A DNA stretch of 64,000 nt. It comes from a virus (lineage: Duplodnaviria; Caudoviricetes). Below, in pieces: positions 9,320-17,064 of this stretch. Made by a program: the position numbers and the translations under genes. The notes beneath the pieces are model-generated. The model searched no databases. It was not told the origin of the DNA and worked only from the letters and a program-made list of their open reading frames with translations. The number at the start of each line of letters is the position of its first letter. Position 1 is the stretch's first letter. The stretch is from positions 114,171 through 178,170 of IMG/VR virus record IMGVR_UViG_3300020576_003495, one strand, 5' to 3'.

Positions 9320-9380
9320 CGGTGGTGTTGGTTAGTCGTTCTTCTTTCGGTGAAAAATCCGACTAGCTGTTTGTTCCCCG
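9320..9380 (+). ncRNA. minimal Y-RNA-like hairpin
   Basis: CGGTGGTGTT...GTTTGTTCCCCG. Confidence 0.55.
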
Positions 9381-9441
9381 ATTAATTTCCCCAGTCTTAG
9401 TGGCGGGATGGTCTTAGGTATTTATACCCACAGGAGTCAAC

Positions 9442-9942
9442 ATGTCCCCCGAACAGAAACAAGCCACATCCGAAGGTATTGAGAATGCTTTAGCTAGCGT
9501 ACCCCCCGAGATTGTTGATGAAGCCCTACGCTTCTGGTATGCCTACGCAAAACTCCATTATCGTTTTACATCGGCACAAGTCCTCGTTTCTTTCCTTGCT
9601 CGCAAGGGCACAACACCCGGAAATGGCAAGGGTTGGCGGGATTGTTGGGGGTCGATTTGCGTGAAAGCCAAAAAGCAAGGCATCATGCAAAAAGTGGGGA
9701 TCATGGTCACCACTGAGAAGCATACCCACATGGGTCACGGTGCGTACTGGCAGTCCAAGGTTTATGAAGGTGGGGATGAGCAGTATCGAAACAGCCCCGA
9801 GCAGGATTTGAAGCGTGCGCTGTACATGCGCTGGCTCAAGAAGGATTATGAGAATCTGCGTGACTACACGGATGACGTGTTTTCGATGGGGGTCAAGTTT
9901 GCCCTTGAGAACAAAGAGTACGTTGCGGGGATAAAAATTTAA
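9442..9942 (+). CDS. hypothetical protein
   Basis: AGGAG RBS, 166 aa. Confidence 0.75.
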   Translation: MSPEQKQATSEGIENALASVPPEIVDEALRFWYAYAKLHYRFTSAQVLVSFLARKGTTPGNGKGWRDCWGSICVKAKKQGIMQKVGIMVTTEKHTHMGHGAYWQSKVYEGGDEQYRNSPEQDLKRALYMRWLKKDYENLRDYTDDVFSMGVKFALENKEYVAGIKI

Positions 9943-9978
9943 CTGTGTGTGCTAACGTACAGACAGGTAGTTTCAACT

Positions 9979-10053
9979 GTGTCCCTGACAGAGAGGCCGA
10001 TGTGCAGGATTGCAAACCCTGATAGCCCGGTTCAATTCCGGGGGGACACTCCA
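9979..10053 (+). tRNA. tRNA-Cys(GCA)
   Basis: CAGG.-TTGCAAA-.CCTG; U73; CCA. Confidence 0.92.
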
Positions 10054-10211
10054 AGTTACGTAGCATCACGGAAGGAACGTGCGTGGCCCACGAGGTCGAT
10101 GGGGTACGGTCAGTTTTCATGTGGGGGTCGACGCCCTAACATGCAAAGCTTAATGCTGTGCTGACAAGAAGGTGAGCAGGGCGCAACCCTGTAAGACCTT
10201 CCTACGTATTT

Positions 10212-10289
10212 GCGCTCTGAGCTAGTCTGGTGATTCAGCGACAGTTTGAAGAACTGTAGAACTAGGTTCGATTCCTAGAGGGTGCACCA
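10212..10289 (+). tRNA. tRNA-Phe(GAA)
   Basis: ACAGT-TTGAAGA-ACTGT; ACCA. Confidence 0.9.
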
Positions 10290-10308
10290 AGATTACTGTA
10301 TAGTCGAG

Positions 10309-10383
10309 TGGGGTGATATGCAATGGATGCATACTTGGCTTTGAACCAAGGTTAGTCAGGTTCGATTCCTACCACCCCTTCCA
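10309..10383 (+). tRNA. tRNA-Gln(TTG)
   Basis: CTTGG-CTTTGAA-CCAAG; CCA. Confidence 0.85.
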
Positions 10384-10389
10384 GTTTTT

Positions 10390-10473
10390 AGAGAGATGAG
10401 CTTTGGAAGCAAACTATCTTGGAAAGGTAGTCCATCCGAAAGGGTGACAGTTCGATTCTGTATCTCTCTGCCA
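10390..10473 (+). tRNA. tRNA-Ser(GGA)
   Basis: CTATC-TTGGAAA-GGTAG; long V arm; GCCA. Confidence 0.88.
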
Positions 10474-10481
10474 TGTTTTAA

Positions 10482-10569
10482 GGTTAGGTGCGCGAGTGGC
10501 TAAAGCGTCTTGTTTGCTAAACAATGAGTCCGAAAGGGCACTAGGGTTCGAACCCCTACCTAACCGCCA
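10482..10569 (+). tRNA. tRNA-Ser(GCT)
   Basis: TTGT-TTGCTAA-ACAA; long V arm; GCCA. Confidence 0.9.
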
Positions 10570-10575
10570 TGTTAC

Positions 10576-10652
10576 GCCGGGTTGACGGAATTGGCATACG
10601 TGCAAGTTTCAAAAACTTGATCTTGCGGGTTCGACTCCCGCACCCGGCACCA
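10576..10652 (+). tRNA. tRNA-Leu(CAA), short variable region
   Basis: CAAGT-TTCAAAA-ACTTG; ACCA. Confidence 0.88.
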
Positions 10653-10658
10653 AGTTTT

Positions 10659-10735
10659 GCCCTTGTGGTGGAATAGGCATACACACGCGCTTGAGGGGTG
10701 CGGTTCTGTCGGTTCGAGTCCGACCAAGGGTACCA
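10659..10735 (+). tRNA. tRNA-Leu(GAG), short variable region
   Basis: CGCGC-TTGAGGG-GTGCG; ACCA. Confidence 0.88.
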
Positions 10736-10741
10736 GTCTAT

Positions 10742-10812
10742 GCCCTCACTATCGAATAGCATCAGGTTTCCTAAACCAGATTGTGACAGTTAAACTCTGT
10801 CTGAGGGCACCA
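10742..10812 (+). tRNA. tRNA-Arg(CCT), non-canonical
   Basis: GCCCTCA/TGAGGGC; loop TTCCTAA; tiny D arm; ACCA. Confidence 0.75.
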
Positions 10813-10813
10813 T

Positions 10814-10884
10814 ACCCCGACTGTGGGACAGATTTTGGCCTTCTAAGCCAAAAATGGGAGGTTCGAAACCTTCTCGGGGTGCCA
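10814..10884 (+). tRNA. tRNA-Arg(TCT), non-canonical
   Basis: ACCCCGA/TCGGGGT; loop CTTCTAA; tiny D arm; GCCA. Confidence 0.8.
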
Positions 10885-10890
10885 AGTTTT

Positions 10891-10964
10891 GCGGATGTAG
10901 CTTAGTGATAAAGCGCTTGTTTGCCAAGCAAGATACGCGAGTTTGATTCTCGTCTTCCGCTCCA
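10891..10964 (+). tRNA. tRNA-Gly(GCC)
   Basis: CTTGT-TTGCCAA-GCAAG; TCCA. Confidence 0.92.
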
Positions 10965-10970
10965 AGTTTC

Positions 10971-11045
10971 GCCCTTGTAGCACAGTGGCAGTGCACTCGC
11001 TTGGTAAGCGAGAGGTCGTGGGTTCGATTCCGACCAAGGGCACCA
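10971..11045 (+). tRNA. tRNA-Thr(GGT)
   Basis: CTCGC-TTGGTAA-GCGAG; ACCA. Confidence 0.92.
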
Positions 11046-11051
11046 AGTTTC

Positions 11052-11126
11052 GCCCTTTTAGCGCAGTGATAGAGCAATCGTTTCGTAAGCGATAGGTCGT
11101 CTGTTTGATTCAGACAAGGGGCACCA
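11052..11126 (+). tRNA. tRNA-Thr(CGT)
   Basis: ATCGT-TTCGTAA-GCGAT; ACCA. Confidence 0.9.
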
Positions 11127-11136
11127 GAGTTTTAAT

Positions 11137-11213
11137 GGGACGTTAGCTCAGTCGGTAGTAGCACTCGCCTCTTAAGCGATAGGTCGTCAGTTCGATCCTG
11201 ACACGTCCTACCA
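11137..11213 (+). tRNA. tRNA-Lys(CTT)
   Basis: TCGC-CTCTTAA-GCGA; ACCA. Confidence 0.92.
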
Positions 11214-11275
11214 TCACATACTCCTTGACAAACTGTGGGGATTGGATTATCATTACTCCATAGTCAATCAACGGA

Positions 11276-11575
11276 GTGATGATCATGTGGAATATAGTAA
11301 TCGAAGGTAGTCAGGAAGTGTACGTTCGCCATAATAATGAAATCGTGGCCCGGTTCAAGTACGCATCCCCCAAGGCCAGTGCCAAGCATTTTGTGAAGTT
11401 TCTGAAGGCGAACTACAGCCCCGAAGAATACTTTGCCAAGCGCAAGTTGGGCATCCCGCCTTTGCGTATCCTTCATCAAAAGGGGTACGTCAGCTACAAC
11501 GTTGAACGTGCCGACAAGGAAGCTATTGCGGGGGCTAAGAAGGTTTGGGCGATGTATGATCGTCTGAGTTTTTAA
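11276..11575 (+). CDS. hypothetical protein
   Basis: Promoter at 11225 and AACGGAGTG RBS. Confidence 0.75.
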   Translation: MMIMWNIVIEGSQEVYVRHNNEIVARFKYASPKASAKHFVKFLKANYSPEEYFAKRKLGIPPLRILHQKGYVSYNVERADKEAIAGAKKVWAMYDRLSF

Positions 11576-11581
11576 AGTTTC

Positions 11582-11917
11582 GGTGTTCGTAGAGGGTGGG
11601 CTTAGAAGCAGCCATCCCTTAAAGAGTAGGACAAGTGCTGTATGCAGGTACACATAGGCAGTTTAAGGGCATAGTTAACTGGCCGAAAAGTTCAATAGGG
11701 TTTGTGTGGATTCTTAGAACGGCTTGGGGTCTGGACTCCAAGTACCAATCGAAAGACGAAGCAAATCACGCCAAGGCAGTCTCGCAAACTGCTGAAGGAA
11801 TGGGGGTTGCACCCACTGAGAGCGAATGGCATACAGAGCCACACGGCAAGTATCAATGGAAGGCAGAGATGCTAAATCCAACGATTCCTTTTAGCGTAGT
11901 AGCACACTACGAACACC
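11582..11917 (+). ncRNA. ~340-nt RNA with split 23S rRNA L11-binding mimic, copy 2
   Basis: Closing stem GGTGTTCGTAG/CTACGAACACC; same conserved blocks as 7799..8141. Confidence 0.8.
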
Positions 11918-11976
11918 ACCCATTTTTAGGAGATTTATCATGCGTTCAGAAGAAAGTGACAAACGCCCCGAATAAT

Positions 11977-12051
11977 GGGCGTGTAATTCAATTGGGAGAA
12001 TCACCGGCTTTTACCCGGTTTACCAGAGTTCAAATCTCTGCGCGCCTACCA
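11977..12051 (+). tRNA. tRNA-Lys(TTT)
   Basis: ACCGG-CTTTTAC-CCGGT; ACCA. Confidence 0.88.
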
Positions 12052-12069
12052 GTTGCAAGTAATTTCAAT

Positions 12070-12103
12070 GGTGATTGAAGAGCAAATTGGCCGCGCCAGC
12101 AGC
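12070..12103 (+). pseudogene. 5' remnant of a tRNA-His-like gene
   Basis: GGTGATTG AAGAGCAAA..CGCGCCA resembles the adjacent His D arm. Confidence 0.5.
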
Positions 12104-12115
12104 CATAGTTTCAAT

Positions 12116-12204
12116 GGAGTCGTAAGAGCAAAGAGGACGCGCCACACGGCTGTGAACCGTGTCTCGAAAGAGGTTAGTGGGTTCAAGCCCCACACGACTC
12201 CCCA
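12116..12204 (+). tRNA. tRNA-His(GTG) with extra variable arm
   Basis: G-1:C73; CACGG-CTGTGAA-CCGTG; CTC-GAAA-GAG arm. Confidence 0.88.
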
Positions 12205-12326
12205 ACTGCATCAAAGGCTTTAACGGAAGCTACTAATTAGCGCACGGGTGTTCCAGTTTTTCTTGTAGTCGTAGCTGTAACGGTAAAAAGTCTCGTATGA
12301 TTAAGCTATGCGAGGCGGGTAACAAT

Positions 12327-12403
12327 GCTGGTGTCGTCTAATGGACTAGGACATTTGACCTTCAATCAAAGCAATGTGGGTTCGACTCCCATCGCCAGCG
12401 CCA
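12327..12403 (+). tRNA. tRNA-Glu(TTC) with C33
   Basis: TTTGA-CCTTCAA-TCAAA; GCCA. Confidence 0.85.
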
Positions 12404-12439
12404 TTACTTAGTAAGAAATCTTTGTTGACCGATACCGTT

Positions 12440-12476
12440 CAAGGTGAGGCGGGTTTGACTCCCGTACCGGATACCA
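12440..12476 (+). pseudogene. 3' tRNA remnant
   Basis: GCGGG-TTTGACT-CCCGT ACCGGAT ACCA with no matching 5' strand nearby. Confidence 0.55.
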
Positions 12477-12544
12477 AGTTTCAATTCCGCAGAATCCAAG
12501 CAAGGTGCAAGGACTTGTCGGAAAGTGGGTGCAAAAAGATCAAT

Positions 12545-12633
12545 TCCCCGGTACTCTAATGGTAAGAGGCGATACTGTTAATATCGTGTAGTCGGCCTAG
12601 CGCCGTATAGAAGTTCGAGTCTTCTCTGGGGAG
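12545..12633 (+). tRNA. tRNA-Asn(GTT) with long variable arm, no encoded CCA
   Basis: TCCCCGG/CTGGGGA; CGATA-CTGTTAA-TATCG. Confidence 0.82.
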
Positions 12634-12638
12634 CACGT

Positions 12639-13046
12639 ATGAAGAATGGTGAGTATACTTTAGTCATAGCGCCTGAAGGGTATCCGGGCAAGAGGTACCG
12701 TGGTCGCTACTGCTATGAACATCATTTGGTTTGGTGGTTGAATACAGGTGAAGTCGTACTTGCTGGCGAGTTGATTCACCACAAAGATGAGGACAAGCGC
12801 AATAACGTTTTCCTTAACCTTGAGAAAATGTCAAAGACTTCTCATGATGCACACCACAGTAACCTACCGATTAAGTCGCCTGTTCTGGTGTCTCTTTTTT
12901 GTTTTTGGTGCGGTTCTGCTTTCACCTTGAGGAAGCATGTTTACGTGTGCAGGGTTAGAGCTAACGGGCATGCTGATGTGTGTTGTGGAAGGTCGTGCCA
13001 AGTCAAGAAGCAGCAGCATGACAAAAAAGTTAAAAAGGAAAATTAA
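12639..13046 (+). CDS. HNH homing endonuclease, paralogue of 6771..7247
   Basis: APEGYPG...EHHLVWW...IHHKDEDKRNN. Confidence 0.9.
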   Translation: MKNGEYTLVIAPEGYPGKRYRGRYCYEHHLVWWLNTGEVVLAGELIHHKDEDKRNNVFLNLEKMSKTSHDAHHSNLPIKSPVLVSLFCFWCGSAFTLRKHVYVCRVRANGHADVCCGRSCQVKKQQHDKKVKKEN

Positions 13047-13120
13047 GCTATCAGGGTATAGCCTCTGCCTCGAAAACAGAAGGTTCCGAAAGGGATGAGT
13101 TTCGATTACTCAATTTTCCA
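13037..13120 (+). tRNA. tRNA-Ser(CGA), 3' end incomplete
   Basis: GGAAAAT/ATTTTCC; loop CTCGAAA; V arm TCC-GAAA-GGG; overlaps the HNH stop. Confidence 0.7.
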
Positions 13121-13171
13121 CACTAAAACTGTTCGACTTCTGCTAAAATATTATTTTTGTGGAGTCGAACC

Positions 13172-13696
13172 ATGCGGATAAGTAAAAAACAAATAGCTAG
13201 GTTTTGGTCTAACGTGCAGAAAACAGATAGCTGTTGGCTTTGGTTGCGGCAACCAAATAATAAAGGCTACGGTAAGGTAACTATAAGGCCGAATAGTCAA
13301 GAGCGTGTAATGCTATTGGCACACAGGCTAGCTTGGCTTCTAGTTAAAGGTGAAATACCAGATGGGTTATTTGTCCTACACAAGTGCGATACTCCCTTGT
13401 GTTGCAATCCCGAACACTTATTCCTTGGAACTCAACAAGATAACATGGGTGATATGTGGGCTAAGGGGCGCAGTCGACTGCATGAGTTCAGGCACTTGGG
13501 GACGATTGCTGCACATACTGAAGTGGCTACGCAAAAGCGGAAAGATACGTTTATTGCCATTGAACACCAGAAGGGTAAGCGCAACTCGCAGTTTGGGTCT
13601 TTTTGGATTACCGATGGTAAAGTTAATAAGAAGTGGCGTTCTGAGTTGGGCTGTATCCCCTCTGGTTTTTTTAAAGGACGTAGTAAATTTTTTTAA
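13172..13696 (+). CDS. HNH homing endonuclease
   Basis: FWSNV..CWLW..GYG..AHR..VLHKCDTPLCCNPEHL. Confidence 0.92.
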   Translation: MRISKKQIARFWSNVQKTDSCWLWLRQPNNKGYGKVTIRPNSQERVMLLAHRLAWLLVKGEIPDGLFVLHKCDTPLCCNPEHLFLGTQQDNMGDMWAKGRSRLHEFRHLGTIAAHTEVATQKRKDTFIAIEHQKGKRNSQFGSFWITDGKVNKKWRSELGCIPSGFFKGRSKFF

Positions 13697-13701
13697 GTTT
13701 T

Positions 13702-13789
13702 GGAAACGTGGCAGAGTGGTCAATTGCACCGGCTTTGAATACCGGCAGTCCGAAAGGGCACGTGCGTTCGAATCGCACCGTTTCCGCCA
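13702..13789 (+). tRNA. tRNA-Ser(TGA)
   Basis: CCGG.-TTTGAAT-.CCGG; long V arm; GCCA. Confidence 0.92.
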
Positions 13790-13851
13790 TAAATTATTAG
13801 AATGTCCCCCCCTAGTGTAGAGTGTTAAAGTTGGCTTTTTTTAGGTGCGAT

Positions 13852-14274
13852 ATGAATAACTTTGCAAAGATTCTTAAAGGTGGGCCGGGTTCGGGTCGTC
13901 ATGCGGGAGCCTATTCACCCGCTCAAAGAAAAAAAATTGAAGAAAGATCACACATGCTCTTGCGTAATAGTCGTTTAAATGGGGGGGGTAAGCAGTCACA
14001 CACACCCGTAGTTGTTCCAATTTATCACAATAAAGACGCTAAAGACTCGGAACTGAATAGGAATGCCTATCAGATGCTAGTTGATAAAGGTCTAGTTAAG
14101 CATGTAAGCAGTGTAGATCACGTTAGAGAGCCGTGGACGTCTAAATTCACCCCCGAGCCTACTAAGTATAGGCAGCATGATCACACGTTGTTAACAGGGG
14201 AGTTAACAGATGCGGGTAAAGCACACCCAGCGGCTAGTTTGGCTGTTAATTCTAACGGTGAGTTTACTACTTAA
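13852..14274 (+). CDS. hypothetical protein with FAKILK-GGPGSG N-terminal motif
   Basis: Motif shared with 23000..23341. Confidence 0.75.
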   Translation: MNNFAKILKGGPGSGRHAGAYSPAQRKKIEERSHMLLRNSRLNGGGKQSHTPVVVPIYHNKDAKDSELNRNAYQMLVDKGLVKHVSSVDHVREPWTSKFTPEPTKYRQHDHTLLTGELTDAGKAHPAASLAVNSNGEFTT

Positions 14275-14286
14275 AGCCGCGTCCCC

Positions 14287-15111
14287 ATGTTTTCACATAT
14301 CCTTAAGTTCAACCACAACCATGGGGTTGATGGAAAGTTTTCATCGTCCAACGGTTCGGCGTCTGTTCAATCTACCGCCCCTGTAGGCATTCAATTTGTC
14401 TCCCCCAATGTGCGTGAAGGCACGGACATTAACTACGCCATGCGGCGTTCAGGCGGCACGTTACAGCGCCATTTCCGCAAAGACTTCCAAGCCGTTGACA
14501 ATCTTTTGGGGACGCAAGGCGCTCAAGAAGATGCAATAGGCGCATGGTCGGACGGTGGTGAGAATTCAATCGCACAATTTAGTGCTAACGACCTTCCATT
14601 AGAAAAGCTGAATGTTTCAGCCGCGATGAAAGGCTATTTAGCAGAACAGAAAGCCGTAGTTTCCTTTAAAACAGGAAAAGGCAACCAGAAGATGCATACG
14701 TTTGATGCGAACATTTCTGACCCTGTGTTGCTGAGCAAGGAACTGGTAGAGCAAGGACTCCCATTTCATACATTGCTCCCCCATGCAGGACATGAAGGAT
14801 TTCAGGTGATTGTGTTTAGCGACAACGCATCATCGAAAGAAGGTAAGGCGCTGTCCCTGAATGTAACCAAAGCGGCTAAGTCTTTCGGCAGCAAGCACAC
14901 CTATATGAAGGGTAGCGGGGGCTTCATTGGGAGTTGGGATACCCGTGAAGCAGGAAGAACAGAGTACAATAAAGTCATTGATCCCTATATTGCCAAGCAC
15001 CCGGAGTTGAAAGCCGGTTGGGACGCCATGGTGAAAAAGATGAAGCACCGTGTCACAAAGTTCATCAACATATTATTTAAGAAGGCTTTTACAGGAGTAT
15101 CCTATGCCTAA
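14287..15111 (+). CDS. hypothetical protein with ILK-FNHNH..GKF N-terminal motif
   Basis: 274-aa ORF. Confidence 0.75.
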   Translation: MFSHILKFNHNHGVDGKFSSSNGSASVQSTAPVGIQFVSPNVREGTDINYAMRRSGGTLQRHFRKDFQAVDNLLGTQGAQEDAIGAWSDGGENSIAQFSANDLPLEKLNVSAAMKGYLAEQKAVVSFKTGKGNQKMHTFDANISDPVLLSKELVEQGLPFHTLLPHAGHEGFQVIVFSDNASSKEGKALSLNVTKAAKSFGSKHTYMKGSGGFIGSWDTREAGRTEYNKVIDPYIAKHPELKAGWDAMVKKMKHRVTKFINILFKKAFTGVSYA

Positions 15112-15322
15112 GATAAATTTACCTGAGTTTCCCCCCTTAGACTCGAAACATTATCCCTCTGATGAAGCCATCTCTGCGGAGCTAAAAAGACGTAGAGCGT
15201 TGATTGACGCAGCATGGCCTGATGATCTTGAAGTGTCCGACGACGAACTGCATGAATTGGGTTACGCTGTAGAAAAGACCGGGGACAACAAGGGTCTTAA
15301 CGTGATCTTGGGGCGCGGTTAG
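15104..15322 (+). CDS. small acidic protein coupled to 14287..15111
   Basis: AGGAG RBS; start overlaps the end of the upstream gene. Confidence 0.7.
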   Translation: MPKINLPEFPPLDSKHYPSDEAISAELKRRRALIDAAWPDDLEVSDDELHELGYAVEKTGDNKGLNVILGRG

Positions 15323-15346
15323 TCTGCACGGTTGATTGGAGTTGCT

Positions 15347-16963
15347 ATGTTTGCTGCCCTACTAAGAAATGATATATCTTATGTCCTTAAAGGGGATGTG
15401 GTAGGCCACCCTTTCCGTGGAAACCAATATGGAAAAGGCGTATCCCAAGGCCAAGACTATACCGACAGTAAGGGCCGTGCACATATTGGTGATTTAGACC
15501 CAACACAGCGCAGAGCAGAGTCGGCGTTTTATGGTGCTATTGAAAAAGATTTGCCGTCGCTGATCAAAGCCTATCAGGAAAAGAACGGGCACACGATTGA
15601 CGCGGATAAGGTAAAAGAACTATCCCCCGATTTCCTGTCGAACCCTTCTTTGTTTGCTGCTGCCGTGCATGAGCCTAGTTCGTTGCTCTCCAAGGTGTTG
15701 TTTAGTACAGAACTGGATGCTAAGGCCAAAGCAGGGGATACTAGCCCCACGATACTGACCGCAGGTGGCAGTGGGTCGGGCAAGAGCGAAGCCATGCCGA
15801 TTGTGCTAAAGGCCATCAACGCTAAAAAGGGTGGTTTGGTTTTTGATTCTGTCTTGGGTAACTTTGGTTCAGCCAAGAGCAAGATTGATGAAGCCTTGGT
15901 TAAAACTAAAGGTGATGTGGTGATTGCCTACACCAACAGAAAACTTGAGGACGCTTTCCGTTCAAACGCTAAACGTGCACGCACAGTTTTGACGAAGACG
16001 TTGGTTGGTGCACATGTCGGTGCTTCTAATAATATTAGAAAGCTGGCAGAACACTACGCTGGAAATCCTCGTGTGAAAATCCACGTGGTCAATAATTTTG
16101 GGGGTGTCGAGGATATTCACCAAGGAAAATTGGAGGATGTTCCCACATACGGTTCAGATACAACCGATAAACTGCATGCAATTGCTGATACAATGCATGC
16201 CAACAAGGAAATTAGTGATGAAATCTACGCCCACATTACAAAAGGACGATCCGTTCAGAAAAGCTGCGCTCGAATTCTCAAAGAAACATCCGGGAAAAAC
16301 TTTGGACGATATTGCTTTGGAACAGGAGAAGGAATCCGATGCCAGAGCAGCGGAACACCTGAAGAATCCGAAGGTGCAAGCGGCGTTCGGAAAGGCGAGT
16401 CCGCAGGGCACCCCTTCCGGGGAAACCAATACACCAGCAAAGACATTGGAACAGGTGGTGGAACAAATCAATCAGGAGCTAGCGGAGACAGTTCCCTTCC
16501 ACTTCGGGCAGACGGGAAAGTAGAGCTAACGCACTGGTCGAATGCGGCTAATTTGAGCAGCATTGATCCTTCGCACTACGGTCACGGCTATGCGGGGGCT
16601 GAAAAAGCACGTAAGGACTCTGACCCTGATGATTGGGTCGACAGGAGTTACTACGGCATTGGTGTAGGCCAGCCGGGGGGCTATGAAAAAGAAGAAGGCT
16701 TGGGTAGTCACAAGTACATCAGTGGTGTTGATCCCAAGTCGCTCTACGATATTGTCAAAGACCCCGATGGGCTGAATCCCAAAGGCACGCTGGATAGCTG
16801 GACAAACCAGATGAGCCTGTATGAGAAAAACATCAAGGGCAAAGGGTATACAGGATACTGGTTGAAGCACCCGAGTCTAGGGATGGTTGCAGCGGTGTTC
16901 AAGCCCCTTGTCCCTGAGCAGTACATTGCCCCCGTACAGAAGTTCGCTAAGTTCTTCAGATAA
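15347..16963 (+). CDS. two-module protein: zeta-toxin-like P-loop kinase plus unknown domain
   Basis: Walker A AGGSGSGKS, LVFDSVL, RARTV; GHPFRGNQY repeated twice. Confidence 0.75.
   Translation: MFAALLRNDISYVLKGDVVGHPFRGNQYGKGVSQGQDYTDSKGRAHIGDLDPTQRRAESAFYGAIEKDLPSLIKAYQEKNGHTIDADKVKELSPDFLSNPSLFAAAVHEPSSLLSKVLFSTELDAKAKAGDTSPTILTAGGSGSGKSEAMPIVLKAINAKKGGLVFDSVLGNFGSAKSKIDEALVKTKGDVVIAYTNRKLEDAFRSNAKRARTVLTKTLVGAHVGASNNIRKLAEHYAGNPRVKIHVVNNFGGVEDIHQGKLEDVPTYGSDTTDKLHAIADTMHANKEISDEIYAHITKGRSVQKSCARILKETSGKNFGRYCFGTGEGIRCQSSGTPEESEGASGVRKGESAGHPFRGNQYTSKDIGTGGGTNQSGASGDSSLPLRADGKVELTHWSNAANLSSIDPSHYGHGYAGAEKARKDSDPDDWVDRSYYGIGVGQPGGYEKEEGLGSHKYISGVDPKSLYDIVKDPDGLNPKGTLDSWTNQMSLYEKNIKGKGYTGYWLKHPSLGMVAAVFKPLVPEQYIAPVQKFAKFFR
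16218..16523 (+). CDS. nested out-of-frame ORF, possible partner/antitoxin
   Basis: AAGGA upstream of ATG; helical protein-like composition. Confidence 0.45.
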   Translation: MKSTPTLQKDDPFRKAALEFSKKHPGKTLDDIALEQEKESDARAAEHLKNPKVQAAFGKASPQGTPSGETNTPAKTLEQVVEQINQELAETVPFHFGQTGK

Positions 16964-16968
16964 GTTTT

Positions 16969-16993
16969 GCCGGTTTCGCATAGTGGGATTGCC
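16969..16993 (+). pseudogene. 5' half of a split tRNA (Thr-like)
   Basis: GCCGGTT pairs with AACCGGC-ACCA at 17719-17729. Confidence 0.7.
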
Positions 16994-17064
16994 CTTACTA
17001 GCTTAGTGGCATTGCACTAAATCTTTTCTCCGTGTATACTGTTGGCTTTTGCGGAGACTAGCCG

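Noticed and set aside
9893-11077. Short ORFs over the tRNA array, and most minus-strand ORFs in the track
   Set aside because: They are shadows of tRNA genes or of better-supported + strand genes and lack RBSs.
11635-12078. 147-aa ORF in the track
   Set aside because: It overlaps ncRNA copy 2 and tRNA-Lys, and no comparable + strand ORF is listed for copy 1.
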